64,000 bases of DNA from Planctomycetota bacterium (GTDB lineage Bacteria; Planctomycetota; UBA11346). Location: the NCBI GenBank assembly GCA_038231435.1, contig JBBRLJ010000012.1, positions 53,899-117,898 of the forward strand, written 5' to 3'. Of this stretch, positions 1 through 9,827 are shown piece by piece. Within the stretch, counting starts at the first letter, position 1. Each line of letters begins with the position of its first letter. Made by a program: the position numbers and the translations under genes. The notes under the pieces were generated by a model. The model did no database searches and had not been told where the DNA came from. It saw nothing but the letters and a program-made list of their open reading frames with translations.

Positions 1-133
1 ATGGCGGCATTTGATCGCCGGGGCGCCCCGGCGCCACGGGACAGGCGGCGAGCCCTCACCGATCCTGGCTCTGGTCGCCGTGGGCCGAGCCACGAGGTGC
101 CTGCCCGCTCAGATCCTGGGCCCGGGACGGTGC

Positions 134-871
134 CTAGTGGAGGGACGTGGCCTGGACCGGCGACGGCACGACGACATGGCGCGCAGGGAAGGACAGGTCG
201 AACGGTTCGTCCGGGGCGGGAGCTTGGTAGGTCAGGATGAGTGCGAAGCGGTCTGCGCCGGACTGGTTGGTGAACGAGGCGTGTGGCAGGCGGTCGCCGA
301 AGACGATGGCGCCGCCCTGGGGGACTTCGCACGCCACGTCGTCGGCCTCGCTCCAGGCCGGGTCGCTGATGACGTTGGTGAATTCGCCGTTGGTGCCCGC
401 GCCTCCGCCATTGCTATGTGCCCATTCGCGCAGATGCCCGCCGCGCGCCACGCGCATGCAGCCATTGTCGCGCCGGGCATCGTCCAGCGCGAGCCATACC
501 GACATCTTGGCGCGCGTGCCGCGCCAATACGCCTGGTCGACGTGCCATGGCGTCGCGAAGCGCTTCGCCCCCGACTTGAACACGAACTTGTCGCTCATGA
601 ACATCACGCCATCGGGCATCAGCGGCGCGATCAGCCCGACCAGCCGCGGATCGCCCGCGAGCCGCCTGAAGCGCTCGCTGACCACCGCCACCCCGACCAT
701 CACCGTCGCCTCGGGCCCAGCATGCTCGCGCATCAGCGCCACCGCCTCAGCCTTCAGGTCCTCGCACTCCTTCCGCGTCAGCGCCCCCGTCGCGACCACG
801 TACCCGTCGCGGGCGTAATCCCCCGCGATCATGCGTTTACCATCATCTCCCATCGCGTTGTCGTAGTTCAT
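134..871 (-). CDS. Phytanoyl-CoA dioxygenase (PhyH) family Fe(II)/2-oxoglutarate oxygenase
   Basis: TPWHVDQAYW (HxD), SVWLALDDA..NGCM, LPHASFTNQS..DR motifs; start placed at ATG 871 (853 also possible). Confidence 0.9.
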   Translation of the reverse strand: MNYDNAMGDDGKRMIAGDYARDGYVVATGALTRKECEDLKAEAVALMREHAGPEATVMVGVAVVSERFRRLAGDPRLVGLIAPLMPDGVMFMSDKFVFKSGAKRFATPWHVDQAYWRGTRAKMSVWLALDDARRDNGCMRVARGGHLREWAHSNGGGAGTNGEFTNVISDPAWSEADDVACEVPQGGAIVFGDRLPHASFTNQSGADRFALILTYQAPAPDEPFDLSFPARHVVVPSPVQATSLH

Positions 872-992
872 GATGTCATTGTATAGCCAGGAATAATCGA
901 GATGATTTAGCAAGACAGCCAGTATCAGTTAGCAATTTCCATCACGGATTTCCCTCTTCCCTCTTCTTCGCTTCCCCGCTCCTCCTCCTTCC

Positions 993-1793
993 ATGCCCCA
1001 CCCCATCTCCGCCTCCCCCATCGAGAGCGTCCTGCTGGTCGAACGCATCGAGCCACGTCTCGGTCGGTTCGAGGCCACGTCCCTTCCTGGCCACCTGGTG
1101 CACGTGGTGATGAGCGGCCGGGTGCGCCAGGAGTGTAACGGCCGCGTCTACGATCTCGCCCCGCGCTCCGCCATCTGGTACCACGAGGACGAACTGGTGC
1201 GCGGCGAATGCTTCGAGCCCTGGTCGTTCTATTCGGTCAACTTCATCGCGCCGTCGCTGCCACCGCCGGAATTCGCCGCGCGCTTGGTGCGACCACCATG
1301 GACGCGCACCATCGCCTGCTGCCGCGCGATGCATGCCGCATGGCACGACCACGCGCTGTCCGCCCAGCGACGCGAACTCGAGGTGCATGCGGCGCTCAAT
1401 GGTTTGCTCGCCTGCCTCGCGAGCGTGTCGAGCGCCGAGCCGGTGCGCACGGACGAGCGCTCGCGCCTGTGGTGGTGGCTCGAGACCGAGGTGCGCAAGC
1501 GCCTCGATGAACGCCTCGACATGCCGGCTCTCGCGCGGCTCACCGGCGTCAGCGCGGCGACCATCGAGCGCTCGTGCCGGCACGCGGTGGGATTGCCGCC
1601 GATGCGCCGCCTCAAGCGCCTGCGCTTGAGCCTCGCCAAGGGCCTGCTGGCCCGCGAGGACCTGGGCATCGGCGAGATCGCGAAGCTGGTGGGATACGAC
1701 CGCGTCCACGAATTCTCGCGGGATTACCGCAAATTCTACGGAGTGCCGCCCAGCCACGGGCGGCCCGCGGGGCAGGCGCGCCGGGCCCGCTAG
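993..1793 (+). CDS. AraC family transcriptional regulator
   Basis: N-terminal cupin-like region; C-terminal double HTH (LRLSLAKGLL..IGEIAKLVGY...FSRDYRKFYGVPP); divergent from PhyH. Confidence 0.92.
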   Translation: MPHPISASPIESVLLVERIEPRLGRFEATSLPGHLVHVVMSGRVRQECNGRVYDLAPRSAIWYHEDELVRGECFEPWSFYSVNFIAPSLPPPEFAARLVRPPWTRTIACCRAMHAAWHDHALSAQRRELEVHAALNGLLACLASVSSAEPVRTDERSRLWWWLETEVRKRLDERLDMPALARLTGVSAATIERSCRHAVGLPPMRRLKRLRLSLAKGLLAREDLGIGEIAKLVGYDRVHEFSRDYRKFYGVPPSHGRPAGQARRAR

Positions 1794-1832
1794 CGGTCGA
1801 CGGGTCGGACCACGAGGGGGGCCTCGATCCGA

Positions 1833-2513
1833 TCAACCCTCGAGCGTCCGCTTCGCATCCCGTGGCTTGGCCTTCTCGGCCGCCACTCCCTGGCGCGGAC
1901 ACGCGGTGGCGAACGGGCAGCGCTCGCATCGCGGCGACACCCGCTTGCAGCAATCGCGACCGAGGCGGATGAACTGGTGGCACAGCCGCACCCAGCGATG
2001 CGCGGGGAAGCGGTCGGCGAGCGCGGTCTCGGCGTGGGTCGGATGCTCGGAGGGCGTCCAGCCGAAACGGTGCGCGATGCGCTGGACATGGGTGTCGGCG
2101 GCGATCGCCGGGATGCCGAAGGCGTTGCCGAGCACCACGGCCGCGGTCTTGCGCCCGACACCGGGCAGCGCCGCCAGGTCGGCCATGCTCTGCGGCACCT
2201 TACCGCCATGCAGTCGTACGATTGCGCGCGCGGCCTCGACGATGGCTCGGGCCTTCTGGCGGAAGAGCGGCACCTGTCGCAGCACCGGCTCGAGATCGCG
2301 ATGGTCGACGCCCGCCACCGCCTCAGGGCCGACGAAGTGCTCGGTGAACACCGCCATCACCTTGTTGACCTGCACGTCGTGAGCACGCGCCGACAGGATC
2401 GCCGCCACCAGCAGCTCCCACGGATCCTTCGCGCGCAGCTCGCAGGCGGCGTCGGGATAGAGCCGCTCGAGCGACGTGCCGACGTGTCCGGGATCGAGCA
2501 CGGGCTGGTCCAT
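1833..2513 (-). CDS. nth: Endonuclease III (HhH-GPD DNA glycosylase, 4Fe-4S)
   Basis: ELLVAAILSA, LPGVGRKTA HhH, DTHVQR, C-terminal C-x6-C-x2-C-x5-C; start MDQPV at 2513. Confidence 0.93.
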   Translation of the reverse strand: MDQPVLDPGHVGTSLERLYPDAACELRAKDPWELLVAAILSARAHDVQVNKVMAVFTEHFVGPEAVAGVDHRDLEPVLRQVPLFRQKARAIVEAARAIVRLHGGKVPQSMADLAALPGVGRKTAAVVLGNAFGIPAIAADTHVQRIAHRFGWTPSEHPTHAETALADRFPAHRWVRLCHQFIRLGRDCCKRVSPRCERCPFATACPRQGVAAEKAKPRDAKRTLEG

Positions 2514-2532
2514 GGCCGTCAAATCGCCGTGG

Positions 2533-3060
2533 TCAATTGATGTAGTGCGCGACCCAGCCAGCCGGATCCACGAAGAGCCGGATGGCGGTGATCTTGCGAT
2601 CGGCGCACAGGGTGAAGAGATGGTGGTAGTTCTTGGGCACCGAGATGAAGTCGCCTGGCTGCAGCTCGATGTCGAGCGCTTCGCCCTGCTTACCGTCTTG
2701 GAGAGGGAACACGGTAAAGACGCCGCGGCCCTGCACGCAGAAGCGCACCTCGTCCTCGACGTGCAGGTGCTTCTTGTCGAACTTGGCGAGCATGACGTCG
2801 AGGTTTGGCGTGTCAGGCCACAGGCTGACGACATCGGCGGTGACGTAGCCGCCCTTGGACTTCATGCGGTCGAGCTCGGGCTTGAACGCCTTCAGCACGT
2901 CCTGCTTCTCGGCATCCGACAGGTTGCGACTGCGCAGGCTCTCGGGCAGGCGGTCGACACCCCAGGTCTCGAAGCCGATGCCGATGGTCTCGAGCGCCTT
3001 GGCGACCTGCTTCTGGTCCTTGACGGTCTTCTTCGATTCGCGGTAGGTAAGCACTGCCAT
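2533..3060 (-). CDS. mtnD: Acireductone dioxygenase (methionine salvage)
   Basis: HLHVEDEVRF..G.G.F and GDFISVP..YHH.F...AIRLF..P.GW ARD cupin motifs; SD-like AGGA upstream of ATG 3060. Confidence 0.92.
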   Translation of the reverse strand: MAVLTYRESKKTVKDQKQVAKALETIGIGFETWGVDRLPESLRSRNLSDAEKQDVLKAFKPELDRMKSKGGYVTADVVSLWPDTPNLDVMLAKFDKKHLHVEDEVRFCVQGRGVFTVFPLQDGKQGEALDIELQPGDFISVPKNYHHLFTLCADRKITAIRLFVDPAGWVAHYIN

Positions 3061-3185
3061 GGCTGATGATTCCTGAAGGGATGCGGGTGCGGCCGATTGC
3101 GACGACGAGGGAATCCGAAGCCGGAGTTTCCCGGATGAATGCCGAAGGATGAAGTGTAAACAGCTCTCGGGTGTTTCCACCGGAA

Positions 3186-5336
3186 ATGGATGCCATGCCT
3201 TCGACGGACCCGCCTGGGATCAGGGCCGCACTGCCGGCGCGAGAACCGGAAGATTTCTCCTTGCGCTTCATCGCGGGGATCGGGCCGGCGCGCGCCCAGG
3301 CGCTCGCGGCCGCGGGCTTGCGCACCGCGTGGGACGTGATCCACGCGGTGCCGCGGTTGCTGCCGCCGCCGCCGCCGATGGTCGAGAGCGGGCCGCTCGA
3401 GCCCGGAGCGTTGGCGCGGGTGCGGGCGCGGGTGCTGCGCGTGCGGCCGATCTTCCGCCGCGGCCGCGGCATGTCGGTCGAGGCCATGCTCGAGCGCGCC
3501 GACGGGTACCCGCTCAAGGCGATGTTCTTCAATGCCGGCTGGCTGAAGCGCCATCTGCTGCCGAACGAATGGTACCTGTGGGAGGGCCGCGCCGATGAGA
3601 AGCGCGCGGGGGTGCTGAACCATCCGTCGTTCACGCACATGGCGAGCGGACTCGCGACGCCCGGGCCGGTAGACGAACGGCCGCGCGTGGCGTACCGGCC
3701 GCCAGCCGGGATCTCGGAGCGCGCTTTCGAGCAGCTGGTCGAGAACGTCCTCATCGAGCACGTTCCGCGCCTGGCCGATCCGCTGGGAGAGCTCGCGCCC
3801 GCGGCGTATCAGCTGCTGATCCTCTCGCTGCACCATCCGGCAGACGCCGCCGCGCACGAGCAGGCGGCGCGCGGCCTCGCCCGCCGCGAATTGCGCGCCC
3901 TGGCCTGGCTGCTGCAGTCGCGACGCGCGCGACAGCTGTCGGAGCCCGGACGCGCCTGGACCTGGAGCGACGACATCGATCGGCGCGCGCGCGCCCGCCT
4001 GCCCTTCACCCTCACCGCCGGCCAGGACGAGGCGCTCGCGGCGATCCGCGCCGACATGCGCGCGCCCGAACCGATGTGCCGCCTGCTGCAGGGCGACGTC
4101 GGCAGCGGCAAGACCGCGTTGGCGCTGATCGCGTGCCTGGCGGTGATCGCCGAGGGGGCGCAGGCGCTGATGATGGCGCCGACCGCGATCCTCGCCGAGC
4201 AGCACCACGCGTTCTTCGCCCGCTGCCTGGCCGGTTCGCGCGTGCGCTTGCGTCTGCTCACCGCCGCCAGCACTGCCGTGGAACGCTCCGCGATCATCGC
4301 CGATCTCGCCGCCGGACGTCTCGACGTGCTGATCGGCACGCACGCGCTGCTCGAGGACGACGTGCGGCCGCTGGCGCTGGGCCTGGTGGTGATCGACGAG
4401 CAGCACAAGTTCGGTGTGGCGCAGCGCGCCGCCCTGGTGGCCCATCGCGGCCCTGCCCAGCCGTGGCGGCCGGACCTGCTGCTGCTCACCGCCACGCCGA
4501 TCCCGCGCACCCTGGCGCTGACCGTGTTCGGGGATCTCGCGGTGTCGCGCATCGCCGGCCGGCCGCCGGGACGCGGCGAGGTCACCACCGAATGCCAACG
4601 CCTTGAGGCCACGGCGCAGCTCGATGCGCCGCTGCGCGCGGCGCTCGCATCTGGCGGCCGCGCCTTCGTGATCTGCCCGTTCAAGACCCGGGCCCAGGAG
4701 ACGAGCCAGGACACGGGAGATGACGCCGGCGATGACGTTGCGCGGGCGTGGACGGCCGAGGCGGTGCTGGCCCACATCGCTGGGGTGTTCCCGGGCGAGG
4801 CCGCGCTGGTCCATGGCGATCTCCGAGACGATGAGAAGACCGCGGCGATGCGCGCGTTCGCCACGGGCGTAGCGCGCATCCTGGTGGCGACGACGGTGGT
4901 CGAGGTGGGCATCGACGTGCCCGAGGCCACCCTGCTCGCGGTGCTCGACGCCGAACGCTTCGGCCTCGCCCAGCTGCATCAGCTGCGCGGGCGCATCGGA
5001 CGCGGGCCTGGCGGCGGCCGCTGCATCCTCTTCCACCGCGGCGAACTGCCATCGCCGCGGCTGCTCGCGCTCTCCGCGAGCGATGACGGCCTGGCGATCG
5101 CCGAGGCTGATCTCGCGGCGCGCGGACCGGGCGAGCTGCTCGGCACCGGGCAGCATGGCGCATTCATCCTGCGCGCCGCCGATCTGGCGCGCGATCTCGA
5201 TCTGCTGCAGGATGCGCACGAGGCGGTACGCGCGGCCATCGCCCGTCATGAGCCGATGCCGCCCGGGCTCCGCCCCTTCCTGGCCGACGACCAGCTGCCC
5301 GAGGGCGCGTCGAGCGACCTGCTCGCTGGAGGCTGA
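3186..5336 (+). CDS. recG: ATP-dependent DNA helicase RecG
   Basis: RLLQGDVGSGKT, DEQHKFGVAQR, TATPIPRTLA, AERFGLAQLHQLRGRIGRG, IAEADL..RGPGE; exact start uncertain (3171/3186/3195). Confidence 0.95.
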   Translation: MDAMPSTDPPGIRAALPAREPEDFSLRFIAGIGPARAQALAAAGLRTAWDVIHAVPRLLPPPPPMVESGPLEPGALARVRARVLRVRPIFRRGRGMSVEAMLERADGYPLKAMFFNAGWLKRHLLPNEWYLWEGRADEKRAGVLNHPSFTHMASGLATPGPVDERPRVAYRPPAGISERAFEQLVENVLIEHVPRLADPLGELAPAAYQLLILSLHHPADAAAHEQAARGLARRELRALAWLLQSRRARQLSEPGRAWTWSDDIDRRARARLPFTLTAGQDEALAAIRADMRAPEPMCRLLQGDVGSGKTALALIACLAVIAEGAQALMMAPTAILAEQHHAFFARCLAGSRVRLRLLTAASTAVERSAIIADLAAGRLDVLIGTHALLEDDVRPLALGLVVIDEQHKFGVAQRAALVAHRGPAQPWRPDLLLLTATPIPRTLALTVFGDLAVSRIAGRPPGRGEVTTECQRLEATAQLDAPLRAALASGGRAFVICPFKTRAQETSQDTGDDAGDDVARAWTAEAVLAHIAGVFPGEAALVHGDLRDDEKTAAMRAFATGVARILVATTVVEVGIDVPEATLLAVLDAERFGLAQLHQLRGRIGRGPGGGRCILFHRGELPSPRLLALSASDDGLAIAEADLAARGPGELLGTGQHGAFILRAADLARDLDLLQDAHEAVRAAIARHEPMPPGLRPFLADDQLPEGASSDLLAGG

Positions 5337-5360
5337 AGGGGCGCTCGCTACCATGGTGCC

Positions 5361-6335
5361 ATGGCCACGTGCTACATCTGCTGCCCGGCCTACGCCCTCG
5401 AAGGGCCGCTGAAGAAGACACGCGCCATCGAGGCGATCGAACCCTTCGCCAAGGAATTCGCGCTCGAGATCGTGCCTTCGCCGCTGATGGACCGCCACCT
5501 GGGCACCGGCGCCTGGCTGCCCACCGCCGAACGGCGCGCCGACCTCCGCCGCGCCCTCGAGCACGACGTGGTGTGGGCATGCATGGGCGGCTACGGTTCC
5601 ATCCACCTGGTGGGCGATCTGATGGCGGCGTCGCCGGCCAAGCAGCCGATGATCATCGGCTACAGCGACATCACCGTTCTGCACGCCTGCTGGCGCGCGC
5701 GTGGATGGGGCGAGGGCTGCTACATCGCTCTCCCGCCCGGTCGCCACGGCCGCGCGGGCGAGAGCCTGCTCGCGCTGATGCGCGGCACCTCGTACCGCCG
5801 CTCGGGCGAGATCGACGCCGGCGTGCGCGTACTGCGCTCCGGCAGCGCCAAGGGCCCGTGCATGAGCGCGTGCGTCTCGGTGTTCGCCGGATTGTGCGGC
5901 ACCCCGGCGATGCCGTCGCTGCGCGGCTGCGTGCTGGCGATCGAGGACGTTGACGAGCATCCGTTCCAGCTCGACTACGCGCTGATGCAGCTGTGGCTGT
6001 CGGGCGCGCTCGAGGGCATCGTCGGCCTGATCGGCGGATCGTTCACCCACAAGGAGCGCTCGGACTACCACGGGCCGACCATCGACGAGGTGCTGGCCGA
6101 ATGGGCGCACCGCCTGGGCATTCCGGCGATCTCGCGTCTGCCGTTCGGGCACATCGACGACGGCCTGACCATGCCGTGCGGCCGCGAGGTCGAGCTGTCG
6201 TGCGACGAGCGCGGCGCATGGCAGTTCATCGTCTCCGAGCACCCTGATCCGCCCGCGTGGTCGCGCTCCGGGTCGCCAACAGGGAAGCACGCCTCTCCGG
6301 CACATGCGGCTCCATCCAGGAAGGCATCCACATGA
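5361..6335 (+). CDS. LD-carboxypeptidase (peptidase S66)
   Basis: GGYGS, IIGYSDITVLH (Ser), IEDVDE (Glu), PFGH (His) catalytic triad. Confidence 0.88.
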   Translation: MATCYICCPAYALEGPLKKTRAIEAIEPFAKEFALEIVPSPLMDRHLGTGAWLPTAERRADLRRALEHDVVWACMGGYGSIHLVGDLMAASPAKQPMIIGYSDITVLHACWRARGWGEGCYIALPPGRHGRAGESLLALMRGTSYRRSGEIDAGVRVLRSGSAKGPCMSACVSVFAGLCGTPAMPSLRGCVLAIEDVDEHPFQLDYALMQLWLSGALEGIVGLIGGSFTHKERSDYHGPTIDEVLAEWAHRLGIPAISRLPFGHIDDGLTMPCGREVELSCDERGAWQFIVSEHPDPPAWSRSGSPTGKHASPAHAAPSRKAST

Positions 6336-7489
6336 GCACCTCCGAGGCATCTCTCCTGGCAGGGATCGTCGCGCGCGCGGTCGAGCTCCGCCACGATCTG
6401 CACCGCCATCCAGAGCTGATGTTCGAGGAGCACCGCACCGCGGCCGTGGTGCGCGCGCAGCTCGATCGCATCGGCATCCCGTGGCGCGCCTGCGCGGTCA
6501 CCGGCACGCTCGCCACCCTGGCGCCCTCGGCGACGGGCACGCACATCGCGCTGCGCGCTGACCTCGACGCGCTGCCGCTCACCGAGTGCACCAGCCTCGC
6601 CTACTCCAGCGTGCACGAGGGCAAGATGCACGCCTGCGGCCATGACGGCCACACCGCCAGCCTGGTCGCCGCCGCCGAATGGCTGAAGTCGCGCGAGCGC
6701 GACCTGCCGGGCCCGGTGACCCTGCTCTTCCAGCCGGCGGAAGAGGGCGGCCATGGCGCGAAGCGCATGATCGACGACGGCGCCCTCACCGGCATCGACG
6801 AGATCTACGGCTACCACAACTGGCCGCCGCTGGCATTCGGCAAGGCCGCCTGCGGCCCCGGCCCGGTGCTCGCCGCCAACGGCGAATGGGAGGCCACCAT
6901 CTCGGGCCGCGGCGGTCACGCCGCGCAGCCGCACCAGACCATCGATCCGGTGGTGGCCGGCGCCGCGTTCGTCACGCTGCTGCAGCAGGTGGTGAGCCGC
7001 CAGGTCTCGCCGACCGAGGCCTCGGTGCTGTCGGTCACCTGCTTCCACGCCGGCACCTTCAACAACATCATCCCCGACGAGGCCAAGCTGGTCGGCACGG
7101 TGCGCGCCGCGACCACCCAGCTGCGCGACGAGCTCGCGCGGCGCGCCGAGGCGGTGCTGGTCTCGGCGTGCTCGGTGTCCGGAGCCAAGCCGCATTTCGA
7201 GTTCACGCCCTGCTATCCCGCGACGGTGAACGATCCACGGTGCGCGGCGCGCGCCTGCGCGGCGATCGAGCGCGTGCTCGGACCGGGCAGCGTCGACGCT
7301 GCCGCGCTGCCGGTGATGGTCTCCGAGGACTTCTCCTACTATCTGGAGCAGCGGCCCGGCGCGTACATGCTGTTGGGCGCAGGTGTAGCGGGTCGAGAGC
7401 TCGAGCCGTGCCACAGCCCGCGCTTCGACTACCACGACGGCCTGATCCCGGTGGTGGTGAAGTTGTGGGCGGATCTCGCCGGACTGTGA
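6332..7489 (+). CDS. M20D family amidohydrolase
   Basis: LHRHPEL.FEE..T, LRADLDALP, MHACGHDGH, FQPAEEG, GRGGHAA.P, SEDFS; ATGA overlap with upstream stop. Confidence 0.93.
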   Translation: MSTSEASLLAGIVARAVELRHDLHRHPELMFEEHRTAAVVRAQLDRIGIPWRACAVTGTLATLAPSATGTHIALRADLDALPLTECTSLAYSSVHEGKMHACGHDGHTASLVAAAEWLKSRERDLPGPVTLLFQPAEEGGHGAKRMIDDGALTGIDEIYGYHNWPPLAFGKAACGPGPVLAANGEWEATISGRGGHAAQPHQTIDPVVAGAAFVTLLQQVVSRQVSPTEASVLSVTCFHAGTFNNIIPDEAKLVGTVRAATTQLRDELARRAEAVLVSACSVSGAKPHFEFTPCYPATVNDPRCAARACAAIERVLGPGSVDAAALPVMVSEDFSYYLEQRPGAYMLLGAGVAGRELEPCHSPRFDYHDGLIPVVVKLWADLAGL

Positions 7490-7515
7490 TCATCGATGAT
7501 GATCGTTGATGACCG

Positions 7516-8490
7516 ATGACGACCGAGGACGCACAGGATGCGGAGTGCGGGTTGCGGCACGGTCGAGCATGCCGTGGCATCGGCATGGCCTGGTGCGCTG
7601 TGCTGGGAATGCTAGCGATGCTGGCGTGCGCGGGATGCCGGGACGCGCCAGGTCCCCGGCGTTTGACGCTGGTGGTCCCCGACGGTTACCGCGGCATCGT
7701 GCGCGTGGTCACGGATAACGCTGGTAGCGACGCTCCGATAGTCGACGGCGAGTTCGTGGTCGCGGTACCGCGCAATGGCATGCTGCGATTGAAGCCCCTT
7801 CCACTTAGCGCAACCCAGGGCAAGGATTGGCAGGGAGTCAGGTGCCGCACCGTCAGCGGGGTCGACATCCCATCCGGCGCGGGGCTCGAGGTCGATGGCG
7901 GCGTCCTTCAGAGCGAGGTGGCGTTCTGGCCGCTCGGCCGATTGGTGATCGCATCCGCGACGGACGATGCCCATGACCTGCTGATCGGAACAGTCGTCGA
8001 TCGAGATGAGGCCAAGACCGCGCCTGGGCATTTCGCGCCAGGCGATGTCAACGCGATGAAACGCTATCATGCGTTGAGCGGCATGGGCCGCTCCGCGTAC
8101 GCGCTCGGTGATCTGACGACGGCCGCATCGAGCGCGCGCGAACTGCTCGCATTGGCTGATGAATTCCCCAACGACTGGAACTTCGGTGATGCCGTGCACG
8201 ACGGCAACATGTTGCTGGGCCTGGTGGCGCTGCGCTCAGGAGACATCACGGGTGCGCGCGAGCGCTTGGCCGCCGCCGGCGCGACCCCAGGATCGCCGCA
8301 CTTGGATTCGGCCGGCCCCGACATGACCCTCGCGAAGGAGATGATCGCGTCGGGCGAACGTGAGGCGGTGCTTGCCTATTTCGCCGCTTGCGAGCGCTTC
8401 TGGAAATACGGTTCCGCGCATCTCTTCGCGTGGCGTCAGACGGTCGAAGCCGGAGGCATGCCCGACTTCGGTAGGAACCTCGATCACTGA
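7516..8490 (+). CDS. Putative lipoprotein with C-terminal TPR-like helical domain
   Basis: Lipobox-like LACAGC (alternative start 7585); helical C-terminus (WNFGDAVH...LGLVAL..GD...A...TPGSP); only long ORF filling the gap. Confidence 0.65.
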   Translation: MTTEDAQDAECGLRHGRACRGIGMAWCAVLGMLAMLACAGCRDAPGPRRLTLVVPDGYRGIVRVVTDNAGSDAPIVDGEFVVAVPRNGMLRLKPLPLSATQGKDWQGVRCRTVSGVDIPSGAGLEVDGGVLQSEVAFWPLGRLVIASATDDAHDLLIGTVVDRDEAKTAPGHFAPGDVNAMKRYHALSGMGRSAYALGDLTTAASSARELLALADEFPNDWNFGDAVHDGNMLLGLVALRSGDITGARERLAAAGATPGSPHLDSAGPDMTLAKEMIASGEREAVLAYFAACERFWKYGSAHLFAWRQTVEAGGMPDFGRNLDH

Positions 8491-8547
8491 TCGGCGCATG
8501 TCGGATAGACGGGTGTCCGACGCGCCAAGAGGCCCTACGCTGCACCC

Positions 8548-9570
8548 ATGTCCGAGCCCGATCCGGGAGTTCCACGTGCGGGAAAGCCCGAGGCGTCACC
8601 GGTCGCCCCGGGCGCGGCCCCTTATGAGCAGCTCGCCAACCGCATCGCGCGCGTGCACCGCCACCTGCGCAAATGGGCCCGCCGCACCGACGTCACCTGC
8701 TACCGGCTGTACGAGAAGGATATCGCCGACCAGCCGCTGATCGTGGACTGGTACGATGGCGACGCGGTGGTGTGGGCGTTCGCGCGCACCCGCAACGAGA
8801 CCGCCGAGCAGGAAGCGGCCTGGCTATCCGCCGTCGAGCAGAGCGTGCGTTCAGCGCTGGACCTGGGCGCCGAGCACGTGTTCGTCAAACGACGCGCGCC
8901 CCAGAAGGACCGGCAGTCGGGCGGGCAGTACGAACGCCTCGGCCAGAAGCGTACGGTCAAGAACGTGCGCGAGCAGGGCCTGCTCTTCGAGGTCAACCTC
9001 TCCGACTATCTCGACACCGGCCTGTTCCTCGACCACCGTCCCACGCGCGCGTTGGTGCGCGAACGCGCGGCTGGCAAGGCGGTGCTGAATCTCTTCGCCT
9101 ACACCGGTTCGTTCACCTGCTACGCGCGCGCGGGTGGCGCCACCGCGACCGTTACTGTCGATCTCAGCAACACCTACCTCGACTGGGCGGCGCGCAACCT
9201 GGAGCTCAATGGCTTCACGACCGGCCCGGAACATCGCCTGGAGCGCGCCGACTGCCTGGCGTGGCTCGATCAGGCGCCGCGCGCGACCCAGCGCTTCGAC
9301 CTCATCGTCTGCGATCCGCCGACCTTCTCGAACTCCACCTCGATGCCGAAGCCATTCGCGATCGAGAAGGACCATCCCTGGCTGCTGGCGCGCTGCCGCG
9401 AGCTGCTGAATCCCGGCGGCGAGCTCTACTTCAGCACCAACTTCCGCGGCTTCGACCTGCGTGGCGGGGGCGAGGGCTTCACCATCGAGGATCTCACCGA
9501 GCGCTCGATCCCCGAGGACTTCCGCAATCGCCGCATCCATCGCTGCTTCCGCATGGTGAGATCGGGCTGA
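8548..9570 (+). CDS. Class I SAM-dependent rRNA methyltransferase, stand-alone RlmK-like domain
   Basis: CYRLYEKDI, EVNLSDYLDTGLFLDHR, LNLFAYTGSF, DLSNTYLDWA, DPPTFSNS, IPEDFRNRRIHRC match the C-terminal half of RlmKL. Confidence 0.88.
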   Translation: MSEPDPGVPRAGKPEASPVAPGAAPYEQLANRIARVHRHLRKWARRTDVTCYRLYEKDIADQPLIVDWYDGDAVVWAFARTRNETAEQEAAWLSAVEQSVRSALDLGAEHVFVKRRAPQKDRQSGGQYERLGQKRTVKNVREQGLLFEVNLSDYLDTGLFLDHRPTRALVRERAAGKAVLNLFAYTGSFTCYARAGGATATVTVDLSNTYLDWAARNLELNGFTTGPEHRLERADCLAWLDQAPRATQRFDLIVCDPPTFSNSTSMPKPFAIEKDHPWLLARCRELLNPGGELYFSTNFRGFDLRGGGEGFTIEDLTERSIPEDFRNRRIHRCFRMVRSG

Positions 9571-9635
9571 GCGGCGTGCGACGTGACGCCGAGGAAAGCA
9601 CGTACGCATCGTGGCTGTCCGCTCTCTTCCCCCGA

Positions 9636-9751
9636 CCGCCGAGTCCTGGTGCGTGAACCATGGGCGCAGCCCATCACGCAAACATTTTAGCCAGCAGTGA
9701 CAAAACGAAGGACGACCAGGGCCGTGGGGGTCCGGGGGCATAGCCCCTGAA
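9636..9751 (+). repeat. Structured intergenic repeat, module B plus terminal hairpin (degenerate copy)
   Basis: Aligns with 63909-64000 (+) and 19473-19592 (-): ccgccgagtcctggt..gcgtgaac.atgggcGCAgcccatcacgcaaac...gaaggacgac..ggccgtgggg. Confidence 0.88.
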
Positions 9752-9827
9752 TCAGGCAGCCGCACACCGCACCTTCCCATAAGCACCTCCCATATTGCGC
9801 GCAGGTCGGCAGCGCGAAGCTCGCGCC

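Noticed and set aside
2892..6350. Long antisense and alternative-frame ORFs (also 48278..50419, 55541..58165, 42375..43649 and others)
   Set aside because: They are shadows of well-supported genes in GC-rich DNA, with Arg/Ala/Gly-rich translations and no motifs.
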